This document shows positions 51,163-61,715 of a stretch of DNA of 64,000 bases, piece by piece. Source of the DNA: a virus (taxonomy: Duplodnaviria > Caudoviricetes); the IMG/VR virus record IMGVR_UViG_3300031998_000006, positions 32,001 to 96,000 of that record; one strand, written 5' to 3'. A model generated the notes under the pieces. That model had not been told where the DNA came from. It was given only the letters and a program-made list of their open reading frames with translations, and made no database searches. The position numbers were made by a program, and so were the translations under genes. Each line of letters opens with the position of its first letter. The first letter of the stretch is position 1.

Positions 51163-52732
51163 ATGTCCAATCACAAGAATCGTGAACTCAAGGGTGCTGA
51201 AATCCGTCAGTTGGCTGAAATGTGCGCCAATCACTTGCGTATGATTGACCCGCATGGCTTCGGGCTGTGCTGGCGTTCCGACGCAGAAACGGTAAACAAG
51301 GTCGCGGAAGTCCTTGGTATTCCGTGGCGAATCTCCGATGGCTGGGACACTCGCATCGGTCCTAGACTCGTGAAGGTAGGGTAGCACTATGGCAAAGACT
51401 AATCAGCCGGAGATGGAAGTAATCTCCGCAGAAACTTACGGAAAGCTCAAGGCTATCAATGCCCGAATCAACGAACTCAATGCCCAGATAAAGGAACTTG
51501 AGCAGGAAGCCTATGACCTCGTACCGAAGCACACCTTCGACGAATGCAAGGAGCGAGGTTGCATCCATACCTATAGGAATCGCTGGGATTGCCACCATCC
51601 GTGTGTCCGTAGATTGCACGAGATGGGTAGCTTGAGAGATTACTACGAAAAGCAGAAGCCCGTGTTCAAGCCCCGTGTGGAATACCCGATGCTTGGATGG
51701 AAGAAAGTAACCTCTCGTGGGCAGCGATGGGGCGGTGTATGGCATAGCGGTTGGGATGTTGTCAAGGAAACCGAGAAGACCCTTACACTTGATGACAAGA
51801 TTCAATTACTTAAAAGCACAATCACTACCATTGAAGATGTCATTTATATCAAGAGCCGTACCGGTGCTACCTACTTCTGTGCGGATGACCCAGCAACTCT
51901 CGATATGCAAGTGACCTTGTTGGATGTTGCCCACAAAGAATGGGCTGAACAGAATTGCCGGTTGGTCACTTCTATGATTGATGGCGATGGGCATAGCTAC
52001 CATGGAACTATTGAGCAGCGAGTAGGTGAATCCAAGGAAGAATGGATGAACCGAATTTTTGGAGAATAGATAACGATGATTAAGATTATCCCCGACCTTG
52101 AAAACTATAGCGGTAGTTTCACTATCCAATGCGAGACAAAGGAAGAAACGGATTTTGTCGCTGAAAACAAGACGGCTATCTTGGACAGGTTTGTTCGTGA
52201 AAATTTCAACAATATCGGACACTTGAATGTCCGCACCTTCCAAGACTACCTAGAGTTCAACCGACTCTCCCCGCAGGAAGTTTTAGAGGAATACGATGGG
52301 CACCCCTGCCTTGAGTTCGGTGAACTTGAAAAGCATACGGTGGGAATCATCTTGCAGGAAGCCTGCAAGGGTGTGGGCTACACTTCGCTCACTATGGACA
52401 AGTTGCAATACCTTGCCAACGATATGTTCGCCAACAGAACACATCAAGCCAAGATGCAGGTTGGCGATGTGTTTGAAAGCCTCGGATGCACCGTGGACAT
52501 CTACAAGCACACTACCGCAGGCGGGGTGTACGCAAGTGCGAGTTACAACGGAACGAAGTTCGGGTTGCTCGGCATTGAATCTGTGTCCCTGTTCTTGCTC
52601 AAGCCCAAGGTGCTTATGGAGCATTTTGAATACAAGGCGATTTCCAATATGGGCGAAGGCGAGTTCAAGTCCATAGTGGAGCGATACATCGCTGTTATCC
52701 GCAAGGAACAGGAAGGGGGAGCATCGGTATGA
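51163..52732 (+). CDS. Three hypothetical proteins (51163-51384, 51389-52069, 52076-52732)
   Basis: Consecutive ORFs after the promoter. Confidence 0.7.
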
Positions 52733-53181
52733 TTCCGTTCAAGTTCATTATGTTGGGAATGCCCCTAGAGGATTCTATGGGCTTGGATGTTTCGGAACAG
52801 ACCGTCTACCGCAATCAATATGGGATAGATGCCCTCATAGACCTGTCTGTGAAGTTGGCGGGCAAGCAGATTCCCTGTATGCTTGTGTCGGCTGAATGGA
52901 ATTACATTAACCTGCATCGCAGGGTAGCCAAGCATTTCCCGCTAGATATGCAGTTGCCCGCCAATTATGTTCTGTCCGCTTTCAATGGGGTTAGGATTAC
53001 CCCCTCGGAGTGCATCGGCTTGCTGAATCACAGAAGGCAGATGATGGCAGACTTGCCACGCGTGGTGCTAGTGGATTGGTTGGACTTTTCGGATATGTTG
53101 GACTACCGCACGCTTGACATCTACTGCAAGCGAAACAATGTGTCGGTGATTTGCGTGAAGCAGTTGCCCTATTCTTATTAG
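52729..53181 (+). CDS. Degenerate DnaB/RecA-fold-like protein
   Basis: CMLVSAEW, VVLVDWLD and NNVSVICVKQL echo DnaB motifs H1a/H2/H3; no Walker A. Confidence 0.4.
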   Translation: MIPFKFIMLGMPLEDSMGLDVSEQTVYRNQYGIDALIDLSVKLAGKQIPCMLVSAEWNYINLHRRVAKHFPLDMQLPANYVLSAFNGVRITPSECIGLLNHRRQMMADLPRVVLVDWLDFSDMLDYRTLDIYCKRNNVSVICVKQLPYSY

Positions 53182-53193
53182 GAGAAACCCCCA

Positions 53194-53664
53194 ATGAATA
53201 AACTCACAGAAGAACACTGCAAGTTTGTTGCGATGACCTGCAAGACCGTGAAGGAATTTTGGAGCAAGCACCGCTCTGTCGCTATGAAGGCTGCGGACAA
53301 GGGTTGGTATAGTTCCTACACTTGGCTCCGCAGGGAGCGTGTTCCCCGCAACTTTTGGACATATGAAGCCTGCCTTGCCGAAGCCTCCAAGTATAGCACC
53401 ATCGCAGAGTTTAGGGCGAACTCCTCGTCTGCCTATGTGACCGCCAATCAAAAGGGGTGGCTCAAGCACTTCGGGCTTAAAAGAGGTATGGGCGAGAAGC
53501 ACTTTTGGACAGAAGAAACTTGCAGGGAAGAAGCCCTCAAGTACAAGACCAAGGGCGACTTTAGGGAAGGGTGCCCCTCTGCCTACTATATGGCAATCCA
53601 TAAGGGTTGGATGCCCTCGTTTACCTTCCTAGAGAGCCGTAAGAAGTTCCGCAAGGAGAAGTAG
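53194..53664 (+). CDS. Tandem-repeat protein (three ~48-aa repeats)
   Basis: Three copies of (W)T.E.C..(E)A..(Y).T..(E)F......A(Y)..A..KGW. Confidence 0.8.
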   Translation: MNKLTEEHCKFVAMTCKTVKEFWSKHRSVAMKAADKGWYSSYTWLRRERVPRNFWTYEACLAEASKYSTIAEFRANSSSAYVTANQKGWLKHFGLKRGMGEKHFWTEETCREEALKYKTKGDFREGCPSAYYMAIHKGWMPSFTFLESRKKFRKEK

Positions 53665-53668
53665 CCCT

Positions 53669-56393
53669 ATGACTTATTCCGAAGCCCACGACTACCTTAA
53701 ATCGCAGGGATGCACCTTTACCTACGACAATGCAGACAAGCCCGTATTCTCCGATGTCCACGTTTTCTATGATGGCAAGGAGTTCGGGATGATGGGCTTG
53801 CACAATATGGCATTCTACACGGACCGCCAACACAAGTTCATCGAGCAGTTCAACTACCGGACGATGTGGATTTATGGTGGCAACGCCAAGTTCAAGGAAC
53901 TCATTGCCCGATACATTGCGGATAGCAAGGGCGAACTTCCTAGCACGGGAGATTTGTTCGACGATATTGACCCTCAAAGTTTAAGGAACTGTATCTAATG
54001 ATTACGATTGTTCAAGAAAATAGGCAAGACCAAACATTCTTGCTCAAGATTACCGATATGACCCCGGAACAGATTGACGCCATCTACGGTGCCATCTGTG
54101 CGGAAGGGGATAGCGATGCCGATACTTGCGGAGAGTATTGGATGGTTGTGGTCAACACGGACTACACGACCTTCACGGCTATGTCCGATGTCATCCGTGG
54201 GCTGATGGACAAGTACAATCCCAAGGACCTGAAAGCCCCCAAGGAATTGAAGAGCGAAATGGCATACTTTATGATGCTCCAAGAGGGCGAATCTGCTCGG
54301 GTGTACCTCAAGGAAGATGTAGATAACCTTCTGGCATATTTAAAGAACAACCCTTCATCATTATTTTAGGTAACTACTATGAAAGGTGTATATATTCCCT
54401 ACAACCCCGCATTTGAACGGGCGCTGAAAAGATTCCTCAAGGAACAGAAAGCCAAGGAGAAGAAGCGATGAGTCACAACTTGAAAGAATACAAGGCTGAC
54501 GAAGAGTTCGGCAACGGTCTGGTCTATTCCATCCCCGAAGTGGAAGCCGTCCTCAAGGATATGGAAACCAAGATGGAATTGCTCGTCAAGGACACCCACA
54601 AGGAGCGTGACGAGTATATCAACTGGGTCAATGACTTGCAGAAGCGGAACATCGCCCTCCGCATCCAAGTACAGAAGATGATGAAGATTATGTACAAGGC
54701 TTGTGCGAACTGGGCTATGTCCAACACCATCGTTTCCGATGTGTGGGAGCAGGGCGAACCGAAGAAGTGGCTTGATATGAAGGACAAGTGCCTTGAACTG
54801 GCGAAGCGCTGTGACGCCCGAATCGCTGAATGCAAGGAGAAGTGACCGTATGATTATCAAGAAAATCGACCTTACCTCCGATAGATTCAACGAACAGAAG
54901 ATTCTCATACAGTTGAATTACACGGAACTTTCCAAGCTCGCCAATGCCGTCCACAACATTGAAGTCAAGAGCGAAGACGATGCTTGGCTCAAGTGGCAAT
55001 TTGCCGCTCTCCGTGACTTGTGCCACGATGGGGGCTTTATGACGGACTTTGCCCCGGCAAGCATCTTCCCGGCAATTATGAAAGAACTCAAGGCTGTTGA
55101 AGCCAAGAACAAGAAAAAGAAGAAGGGCTGATATGCTAGTACGCGTATTATTTGGTGGCACGGTGGCATTGACCAACTATGTCAATGAACACCAAATCGA
55201 CCGCAAGGACATCCAGAGCATCTTGCAGGTGGGTAAGGAACTATTTGTGTTGCTCTATTGGAAGGACTAACCTATGGCTTGGCTGAATGGCGAAGACGGA
55301 TGGTATGATTGTATGAAATGCGGAGAAAAATTCTTCGCAACTGAATACCATCCTTTGTGTGAACGATGCGAAGCCCGTAAAAGGCTGATGAAGATGGGGT
55401 TGCTCCCCAAGGAAAAGAAAAGGAAATAGCCTATGGCAATGACGGAACTCAAAGAACCCGAAAAGGTGTTCGGGGAGCGTAGCGGTGTCACATTTCGATG
55501 TGGTGCTTGCAAGTGCGGATTCTTTCAAGAGATGCGGTACATCCGATTCTATGATACGGGCGATGGCGTTTACCGCTATGTCCTTCAAACCGAATGCCCA
55601 AACTGCAAGGGCGACGTGTCAGTTTTATCCGATGGCATTCTGGGGTAGATTATGGATATAAAAGAATGGGTAGCCAGCGAAGTAGAAGAGTATGACGATG
55701 AAAGGCTTGAAAAATCGGAGGACGGCAAGATTTCCCTTACCCGTCTGTACTTCAAGTCCGATGTGGACAAGTACCTCAAGGAACTTGAAGAGAAGCACAA
55801 CGAGGAAATCTCGTGGCTACAGAAAGAGGTGGACCGCGTTAAGCGGTTGAACGAATCGCTGAACAACGAGAGGATTTCTAGGGATAGCAAGGTCATCATG
55901 GACTTGCTCAAGAACGACCGGCATCACAGATACAAGCATTGCAAGAATATGGCTGACAAGTGCCATATCCTCTGGTGGAAGGAAAAGCTGGAGGGCAACA
56001 CCTCCAAGGGTGTATGGTGGTGGCGGTGGTGGAACATCTGGCTTGGGCTGGCAGAGAAGGTCAAGGAGGAATCGTTGTATGGGAGATAGCAACATCCGAT
56101 ACTACCCCAAGGATGAGGTGGATGCCTATGTCAATTCCCTCAAGGAACAGATATGCAAGCTGAAAGATTCCCTAGCCCTTTCCTATGAAGACCGCCTATG
56201 GCAGAAGTACAAGCGTTGCAAGAATATGGCTGACGCTTGCCATCTTCTGTATTGCCGGTACGAAAGGTACACCATCAACTACAATATCATCGGTCCTACA
56301 ATGGAGCGGTGGAAAATAAGTATGCACTCATTCGTTAAAGACGGGGCTTTCTTCATATCCCCACCTACGCCAATGCAACTCCCTATCAACTAG
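53669..56393 (+). CDS. Run of short hypothetical genes (53669, 53998, 54468, 54850, 55433, 55652, 56079 and others)
   Basis: Consecutive ORFs; several are paralogous to each other. Confidence 0.7.
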
Positions 56394-57860
56394 AAGCCCA
56401 CGGGCATCCCGCATAAGCCACGTACCGACAACCCCACGGAGCGGAATCAGCCGGGGCAGAAAAGCAACCCTATAACATCGCACACCTACAACTACATCCA
56501 TACTCCACCACACCCATACCACACACTCTATCAATTAATACAATTATATCAATCACCATACCCATCCCCACGATTTTATACTATATTTATCCACATAGCT
56601 TATGCTCCGTGGCTAGGCGACCAAAGGGAGGCCCGTGTGTTCCTCCCCCATAAATCAAAAAGCCACCTACATAGCACATTACACCTTACAAAAACCTTTC
56701 AGCCCCCAGACCTAAAAATCCGGGGGCTGTTTGTCTATATCCGCACAAAATACCTCCCCACTATCGCACCCCTACAATTACACCCATACACATACTCTAT
56801 CACACCCATAGCACACATATACCATCCTCGTGCATCCCTGCTCTCCAACTATACTCCATACATCCCCTATATACACCCTATACGGGCATCCGTAATACTC
56901 TGTCACCGCTAATCCCTTTCCCTCTATACTGATGCTCAAAGGTGCAGGTGCAGAGGGGCGGTCACGAATCGGATGCGGTGGATTTCCCATACCCCCAATC
57001 ATCACTATTCCGTGACATTTGTCATAAAATAGTGGCAGCACCCCTACCCACCTTCCGAATATTTTGTTATATTATGCATAGTTTTCCGTTCTGCGGTCTG
57101 CCGGTGCCAGTGTCTATCCCGTGTGTTGTAGCATCCGGTCCGGCATCCGTATAACGCATTACATCTTCTCTCATTATCAGCCCCACGGACATAAAACCCC
57201 CGTGGGGCTTTTCCATTCCAGCCAAAAAATATCTTATATTTATGTGAGTTAATTAACTCAACTACCTTTAAAGGAGAAACTACAACCATGGCTACCAAAT
57301 TCCATTGCTCCATGCAGAAAAAGAAGGAATCCCTCGCCAAGTCCAACGAATCCGTGTTCCACCACGGATGCCCGTAAGTTCGTGGACGCCCATTCCAACG
57401 GAATCCTCTCTACCCTTGCCGAAATCTGTGCTATGACCGCCGACGCCACCATTGAAGATGTCAACGGGCTATCCGGTCCCGACAGACTGGGTGTCATCAA
57501 GGACGATGCCCAGTTCGCCTACAAGGAATACGAACAGCCCCTCAAGGACCTCGCAATCCGTCTAGCCACCAAGTTCGCCACCGCAAAAGTGGAAGGGTGG
57601 AACAGCACTACCCTAATGAACGGAAACCTGTAGTCCGTCCATCTCCCTCTATGCATCGCCAGTCCCAGTCCGTAAGAGGTGGGGGCTTTCTTTATGTCCG
57701 TACCTCCAACAATGCAACTCCCTATCAAGCTGACCTATCGCATAGGCGGTATCGCAACCGGCAGATTCCCACAAAATACTACCACACATCGTACAACACC
57801 ACAACGGAGCGAAATCAGCAGGGGGCAGAAAAAACAAACCAACACCGCACACCTACAAAT
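56343..57860 (+). repeat. Two degenerate ~150-180 bp direct repeats (~56343-56492 and ~57682-57858)
   Basis: Shared blocks GGGGCTTTCTT, CAATGCAACTCCCTATCAA, ACGGAGCG.AATCAGC.GGGGCAGAAAA and CGCACACCTACAA. Confidence 0.75.
57288..57633 (+). pseudogene. Frameshifted gene with KFHCSMQKKKESL leader
   Basis: AAGGAG RBS and MATKFHCSMQKKKESLAKSNESV; coding then continues in the +1 frame (STTDARKFVDAHSNG...). Confidence 0.65.
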
Positions 57861-58374
57861 ATCCCCATACATTACATTCACACTGGCATACATACTCCCA
57901 CTACATCCTACCACATACTACACCCATAGCATATACACTCCCACTACCGATTCCATCTTCAAACGCGATATATCCCCGTCACTCCCATACACGGGCAACA
58001 CTATGCCCCCATCAGCCCCATATACCATCCCTACCGATTCCATACCGCATTATCACCCCTATCCCTAGTGTGCAAATGTGCATATACACGGAGGGGCGGG
58101 TGCAGGGGCTTATTTTCAAGTGCGGTAGACTGGCACTATCGGACTGATTATTTGTTATATTACTATGACGAGAAGATAATGTGTTATATAGGACGGAAGC
58201 TCCCCCTCCGAGTAGCCCCGCTGACTCCTGTTACACACAAGTTAGTAAAGTCCGTACAAGCTAATGTGCGGACTACAGCCCGTGTCGGCTTTTGACACAA
58301 AGGAACACACAGATGATGACGAGGTTTATGAGTGCCGGGATGCCCCCATACGGGGCTGATATAGGGAGGACGCC

Positions 58375-58926
58375 ATGAGCGATACTAGAGTGAAAGTACA
58401 CCCGACTCTTGGGATTCTTGTGTGTACTGATGGTCATATTATGAAGCCCGCTCGGCATACTCGCCCCTATTGTTGCTGGACATACGGTTACGAATTGGGG
58501 CAAGGGTATAAGGGTGTAACTATACTAGACAAGAGATATAAAGTTCATCGGCTTGTGGCTGAAACTTTTATCCCGAATCCGGAAAACAAGCCAGAGATTG
58601 ACCATATAAATCGGAATCCCAGTGACAATCGCGTGGAGAACTTGAGGTGGGCTACTCGTACAGAGAATAATAGAAACACTCATGCTAATGATGGCTGTGC
58701 TAGTAAATATGGGGTACACCAATATGAGGACTTAAAGGATTATAATAGGAAAAGGGCTGCCCGATGGATTCGTACAGACAGTGGTAGGGCTTCACGTGAG
58801 AAGTATTTAGAGAAGTATTGGCAGACTCATAGGGTAGTCCGTTGTGCTGATGGGAAAGACCATAAAATGACAAATGAGCGTGCCGAAGAATTATTGAAAT
58901 TGAAGGTGCCGGAGAGGATTATATGA
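58375..58926 (+). CDS. HNH homing endonuclease (HNH_3-type)
   Basis: VHRLVAETFIPNPENKPEIDHINRNPSDNRVENLRWAT..EN. Confidence 0.92.
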   Translation: MSDTRVKVHPTLGILVCTDGHIMKPARHTRPYCCWTYGYELGQGYKGVTILDKRYKVHRLVAETFIPNPENKPEIDHINRNPSDNRVENLRWATRTENNRNTHANDGCASKYGVHQYEDLKDYNRKRAARWIRTDSGRASREKYLEKYWQTHRVVRCADGKDHKMTNERAEELLKLKVPERII

Positions 58927-59231
58927 CAAGATTCTTGAGTGCCGAAACTCTTTTGGCGGTTTCGTTCGTCCGGTCGGGGCTACACACGCTGACCCTCGAA
59001 TCGGTAAGGCTTTATGGGGTACGGATGCTCCCGGAACTGGAGAAGCGGACCGGCTGCGGATGGGTTCTGCAATGGAGCAACAGATACCTTGAGGAAGTGA
59101 GGGCAGCCTTCGTGGAGATAGACGAGGACTGTGCGATGCTGACCACGGACATGGATGGACTAGGGAAGGTTCTCGCCTACATCCCTAACGAGGTCATCGA
59201 GGTTGCCGGGGCCGTGGAGTGGGAAGAATGA
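58923..59231 (+). CDS. Hypothetical protein
   Basis: Coupled (ATGA) to the HNH gene. Confidence 0.65.
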   Translation: MTRFLSAETLLAVSFVRSGLHTLTLESVRLYGVRMLPELEKRTGCGWVLQWSNRYLEEVRAAFVEIDEDCAMLTTDMDGLGKVLAYIPNEVIEVAGAVEWEE

Positions 59232-59596
59232 GTGCCTACCTACACAGAACCGTGGAGATGGCTGACGGGCGAAAGATTCGCGTGGAGGTGCGGGTGGCGA
59301 AGCTGCTCAAGCTCCTCCCCAAGCACTTGAGGACGGTGGACAATATGATGGACATAGCACAGAGGGTAATGTAATGGGAGCATTGATTACGGTAGGGTTC
59401 GTTGGGCTTATGCTTTATGTGGGCAAGCGTATGTTCAGCGTGAGGGATTGGGGCAAGAAGAATTAGGGGATGCTTACTCGCCCACATTTCTTTGTGGGAA
59501 TGCCTTGCTACGGCAGGCTGACGGATGTTGCTAGTGGCATCCGTCTTTTTGTTTGCCCTAGTGTGACACCCCTCTTGCAAATATATGATAGGGTTT

Positions 59597-59671
59597 TGTT
59601 ACATAGATTGCCCCAAAGTGCCGATTAGGTTTTACATTAGTGTTACATAGATTGCCCCAAAGTGCCGATTA
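59597..59671 (+). repeat. Perfect 31-bp direct repeat x2 with a 13-bp spacer
   Basis: TGTTACATAGATTGCCCCAAAGTGCCGATTA at 59597-59627 and 59641-59671. Confidence 0.9.
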
Positions 59672-59716
59672 AAATTTATTATGTTTTGTATGATTAAATC
59701 CTATAGTGAGGGTATT

Positions 59717-60565
59717 ATGGACTTTAAAGACTACACACTTTTGAATGAACAGCAGTACATCAAACATAGCCCCAACCATCTTCCGTATTTTGCTCCTGGG
59801 GAGTTATCCAAGATTGAGAATTATGAGTATGCTCGAAATGAGGGCTATTACGGATGGGTTATCCATCATAGGCTAGGGAATACGATTGGAGGTAACGATG
59901 GCATTCCTAGAAAAGAACTCATAGTCCGAAACTTATATTATGCAAGACCCGCTAGTGACCTTATGTTTCTAACGAATACGGCACATTCAAAATTACATTG
60001 TGGCGATAGTCCGGGTTCGTATGACAATCCCATCTATGTAACTGTGGCTATGCGATATAGGTCACTTATACGGCGTTTAGATAGGGGCGAAACTCTGCCC
60101 CGTGCAGACGAGCGATTTATCATAGAATTTTGCACTCGTACTAACAGGGATGTGCCTAATGGACTCCGTATAGGGAGTATGCATACTAGCATAGAGCATC
60201 GTAGAGCAATTTGCTTACGATTGATTGCCGGGGGCATCGGTGCATTAGATACACGCATACAGCAACAGAACCGGATAATTCGTATGCTCCATTCTATAGG
60301 GGAGGACACCTCCAATAATATTAGGGCGATTGAACGGATGCTTTTAGGGGATAAGGACTTCTTACAGATGAATGGGGGTGTTGCATTTCTATTGCCTTAT
60401 TCTAGGGATGAATTGACGGGCATCCGTAGGGATTCCCATAGACTCCAGTACGATAAGGCTAATAGAAACCGTGCAGAAGCCATCAAGAAAAAGATGGCGA
60501 ACGGGGAGAAGCTGATACCGGCTGAACGGAAATTTAAGTCAGTCCACAAGGAACTTTTTAAATAA
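59717..60565 (+). CDS. HNH-like endonuclease-domain protein with C-terminal helical repeats
   Basis: IENYE.A...WVIHHRL...LYYARPASDLMFLT...HSKLH, an HNH-like His pattern. Confidence 0.6.
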   Translation: MDFKDYTLLNEQQYIKHSPNHLPYFAPGELSKIENYEYARNEGYYGWVIHHRLGNTIGGNDGIPRKELIVRNLYYARPASDLMFLTNTAHSKLHCGDSPGSYDNPIYVTVAMRYRSLIRRLDRGETLPRADERFIIEFCTRTNRDVPNGLRIGSMHTSIEHRRAICLRLIAGGIGALDTRIQQQNRIIRMLHSIGEDTSNNIRAIERMLLGDKDFLQMNGGVAFLLPYSRDELTGIRRDSHRLQYDKANRNRAEAIKKKMANGEKLIPAERKFKSVHKELFK

Positions 60566-60592
60566 AAAACCACCTGCTCAAGTGGTCAGGTG

Positions 60593-60635
60593 GACAATAT
60601 CTTATCTTTTACATAGTAAAAGATAAGATATTGTC
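60593..60635. repeat. Perfect 20-bp inverted repeat with a 3-nt loop
   Basis: GACAATATCTTATCTTTTAC-ATA-GTAAAAGATAAGATATTGTC. Confidence 0.9.
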
Positions 60636-61115
60636 TTATGTTTGGCAAGGGTCAGCTTTGTTACTTTTTGCTTACATTTGAGTAGTGTACGGGATGCCCC
60701 ATACACTACTCTCCACCAATAGGAAAACCCCACCAACATCTCTGTCAGTGGGGTTTTCTTTGCTCATCGGCGTTTGCATCCGATGCCCCGCATTACGTTC
60801 ACGGATTGCTCCGCTATCCCCATAGGGTGCGGCAGACGATTTGAGGGAGTTCGTGGGCTATGTACACTCGCCCAAGCCTATCCTAGTCTGGTATTACGGT
60901 CCTTGCCGTCGCAAGTCAATGGTGCAATAGTAACAAATTATCTATCGGATGGCAAGCCACTAGAGTATAGGGAAATCCGCAAAACCCCGAAAAAGCCCAT
61001 AGGGTTTTGCACCCATTTGCCATATTTGCAGAGTTTCTTAAATCTGTGCAAACGATTTACTATATTTTTGGCATATTTGCAAAGATTGTAGATAATCTAT
61101 GAAAAGGAGATACGG

Positions 61116-61508
61116 ATGACTACACACACGGACAAGACCCGCGACCGCATCCACGAATCAATGGAAGCCCTCCACAGCTCCGCACAGAGGTACGAAGCCA
61201 TACAGAACGCCATCCGTGGCGGTGGGGCTATATGCCTAAAGGATTACGGATTCTACAGGCGGTACTGCAAGCGGAACGGAATCAGCCCCATGGACTTGCA
61301 CATAGATAGGGATGCCCTTCCCGTGACCTATGAAAAGCACCCTATGGCTACGGAGGATTCCGCTGCAAGGTATAGTGCCATTCGCACACGGTTGCGTTCC
61401 GGGCGTTCCATAAAAGTGACGGACTACCAGTTCCTAAAGCGGTACTGCAATCGGACGGGTGCGAAGATGCCTAACGTGCGATTTGAGATGTATGTTTTCG
61501 AGGTTTGA
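61116..61508 (+). CDS. Two-repeat hypothetical protein
   Basis: AAGGAG RBS; RY.AI...(I/L)R.G..I...DY.F..RYC.R.G occurs twice. Confidence 0.75.
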   Translation: MTTHTDKTRDRIHESMEALHSSAQRYEAIQNAIRGGGAICLKDYGFYRRYCKRNGISPMDLHIDRDALPVTYEKHPMATEDSAARYSAIRTRLRSGRSIKVTDYQFLKRYCNRTGAKMPNVRFEMYVFEV

Positions 61509-61715
61509 CTATAAACTATGCAAATCCCCCTACACCTCGTATTTCTATGGGTGCAATCCCCTCTGCCCCTCCGCATACTAGCCATACTGGTCTATGCCAT
61601 ATTCGCCATATACGGAAAGCCCTCCGTGCATGGGAGGGAGCAATCGCACGGAGGGCTTGTAAGAAGGAGAAAATAGGGCGGTCAGCATACACATACCGCC
61701 CACATCAAATATACA

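Noticed and set aside
59597-59671. Possible CRISPR mini-array
   Set aside because: Only two repeats with a 13-bp spacer, which is too short, and no cas gene nearby.
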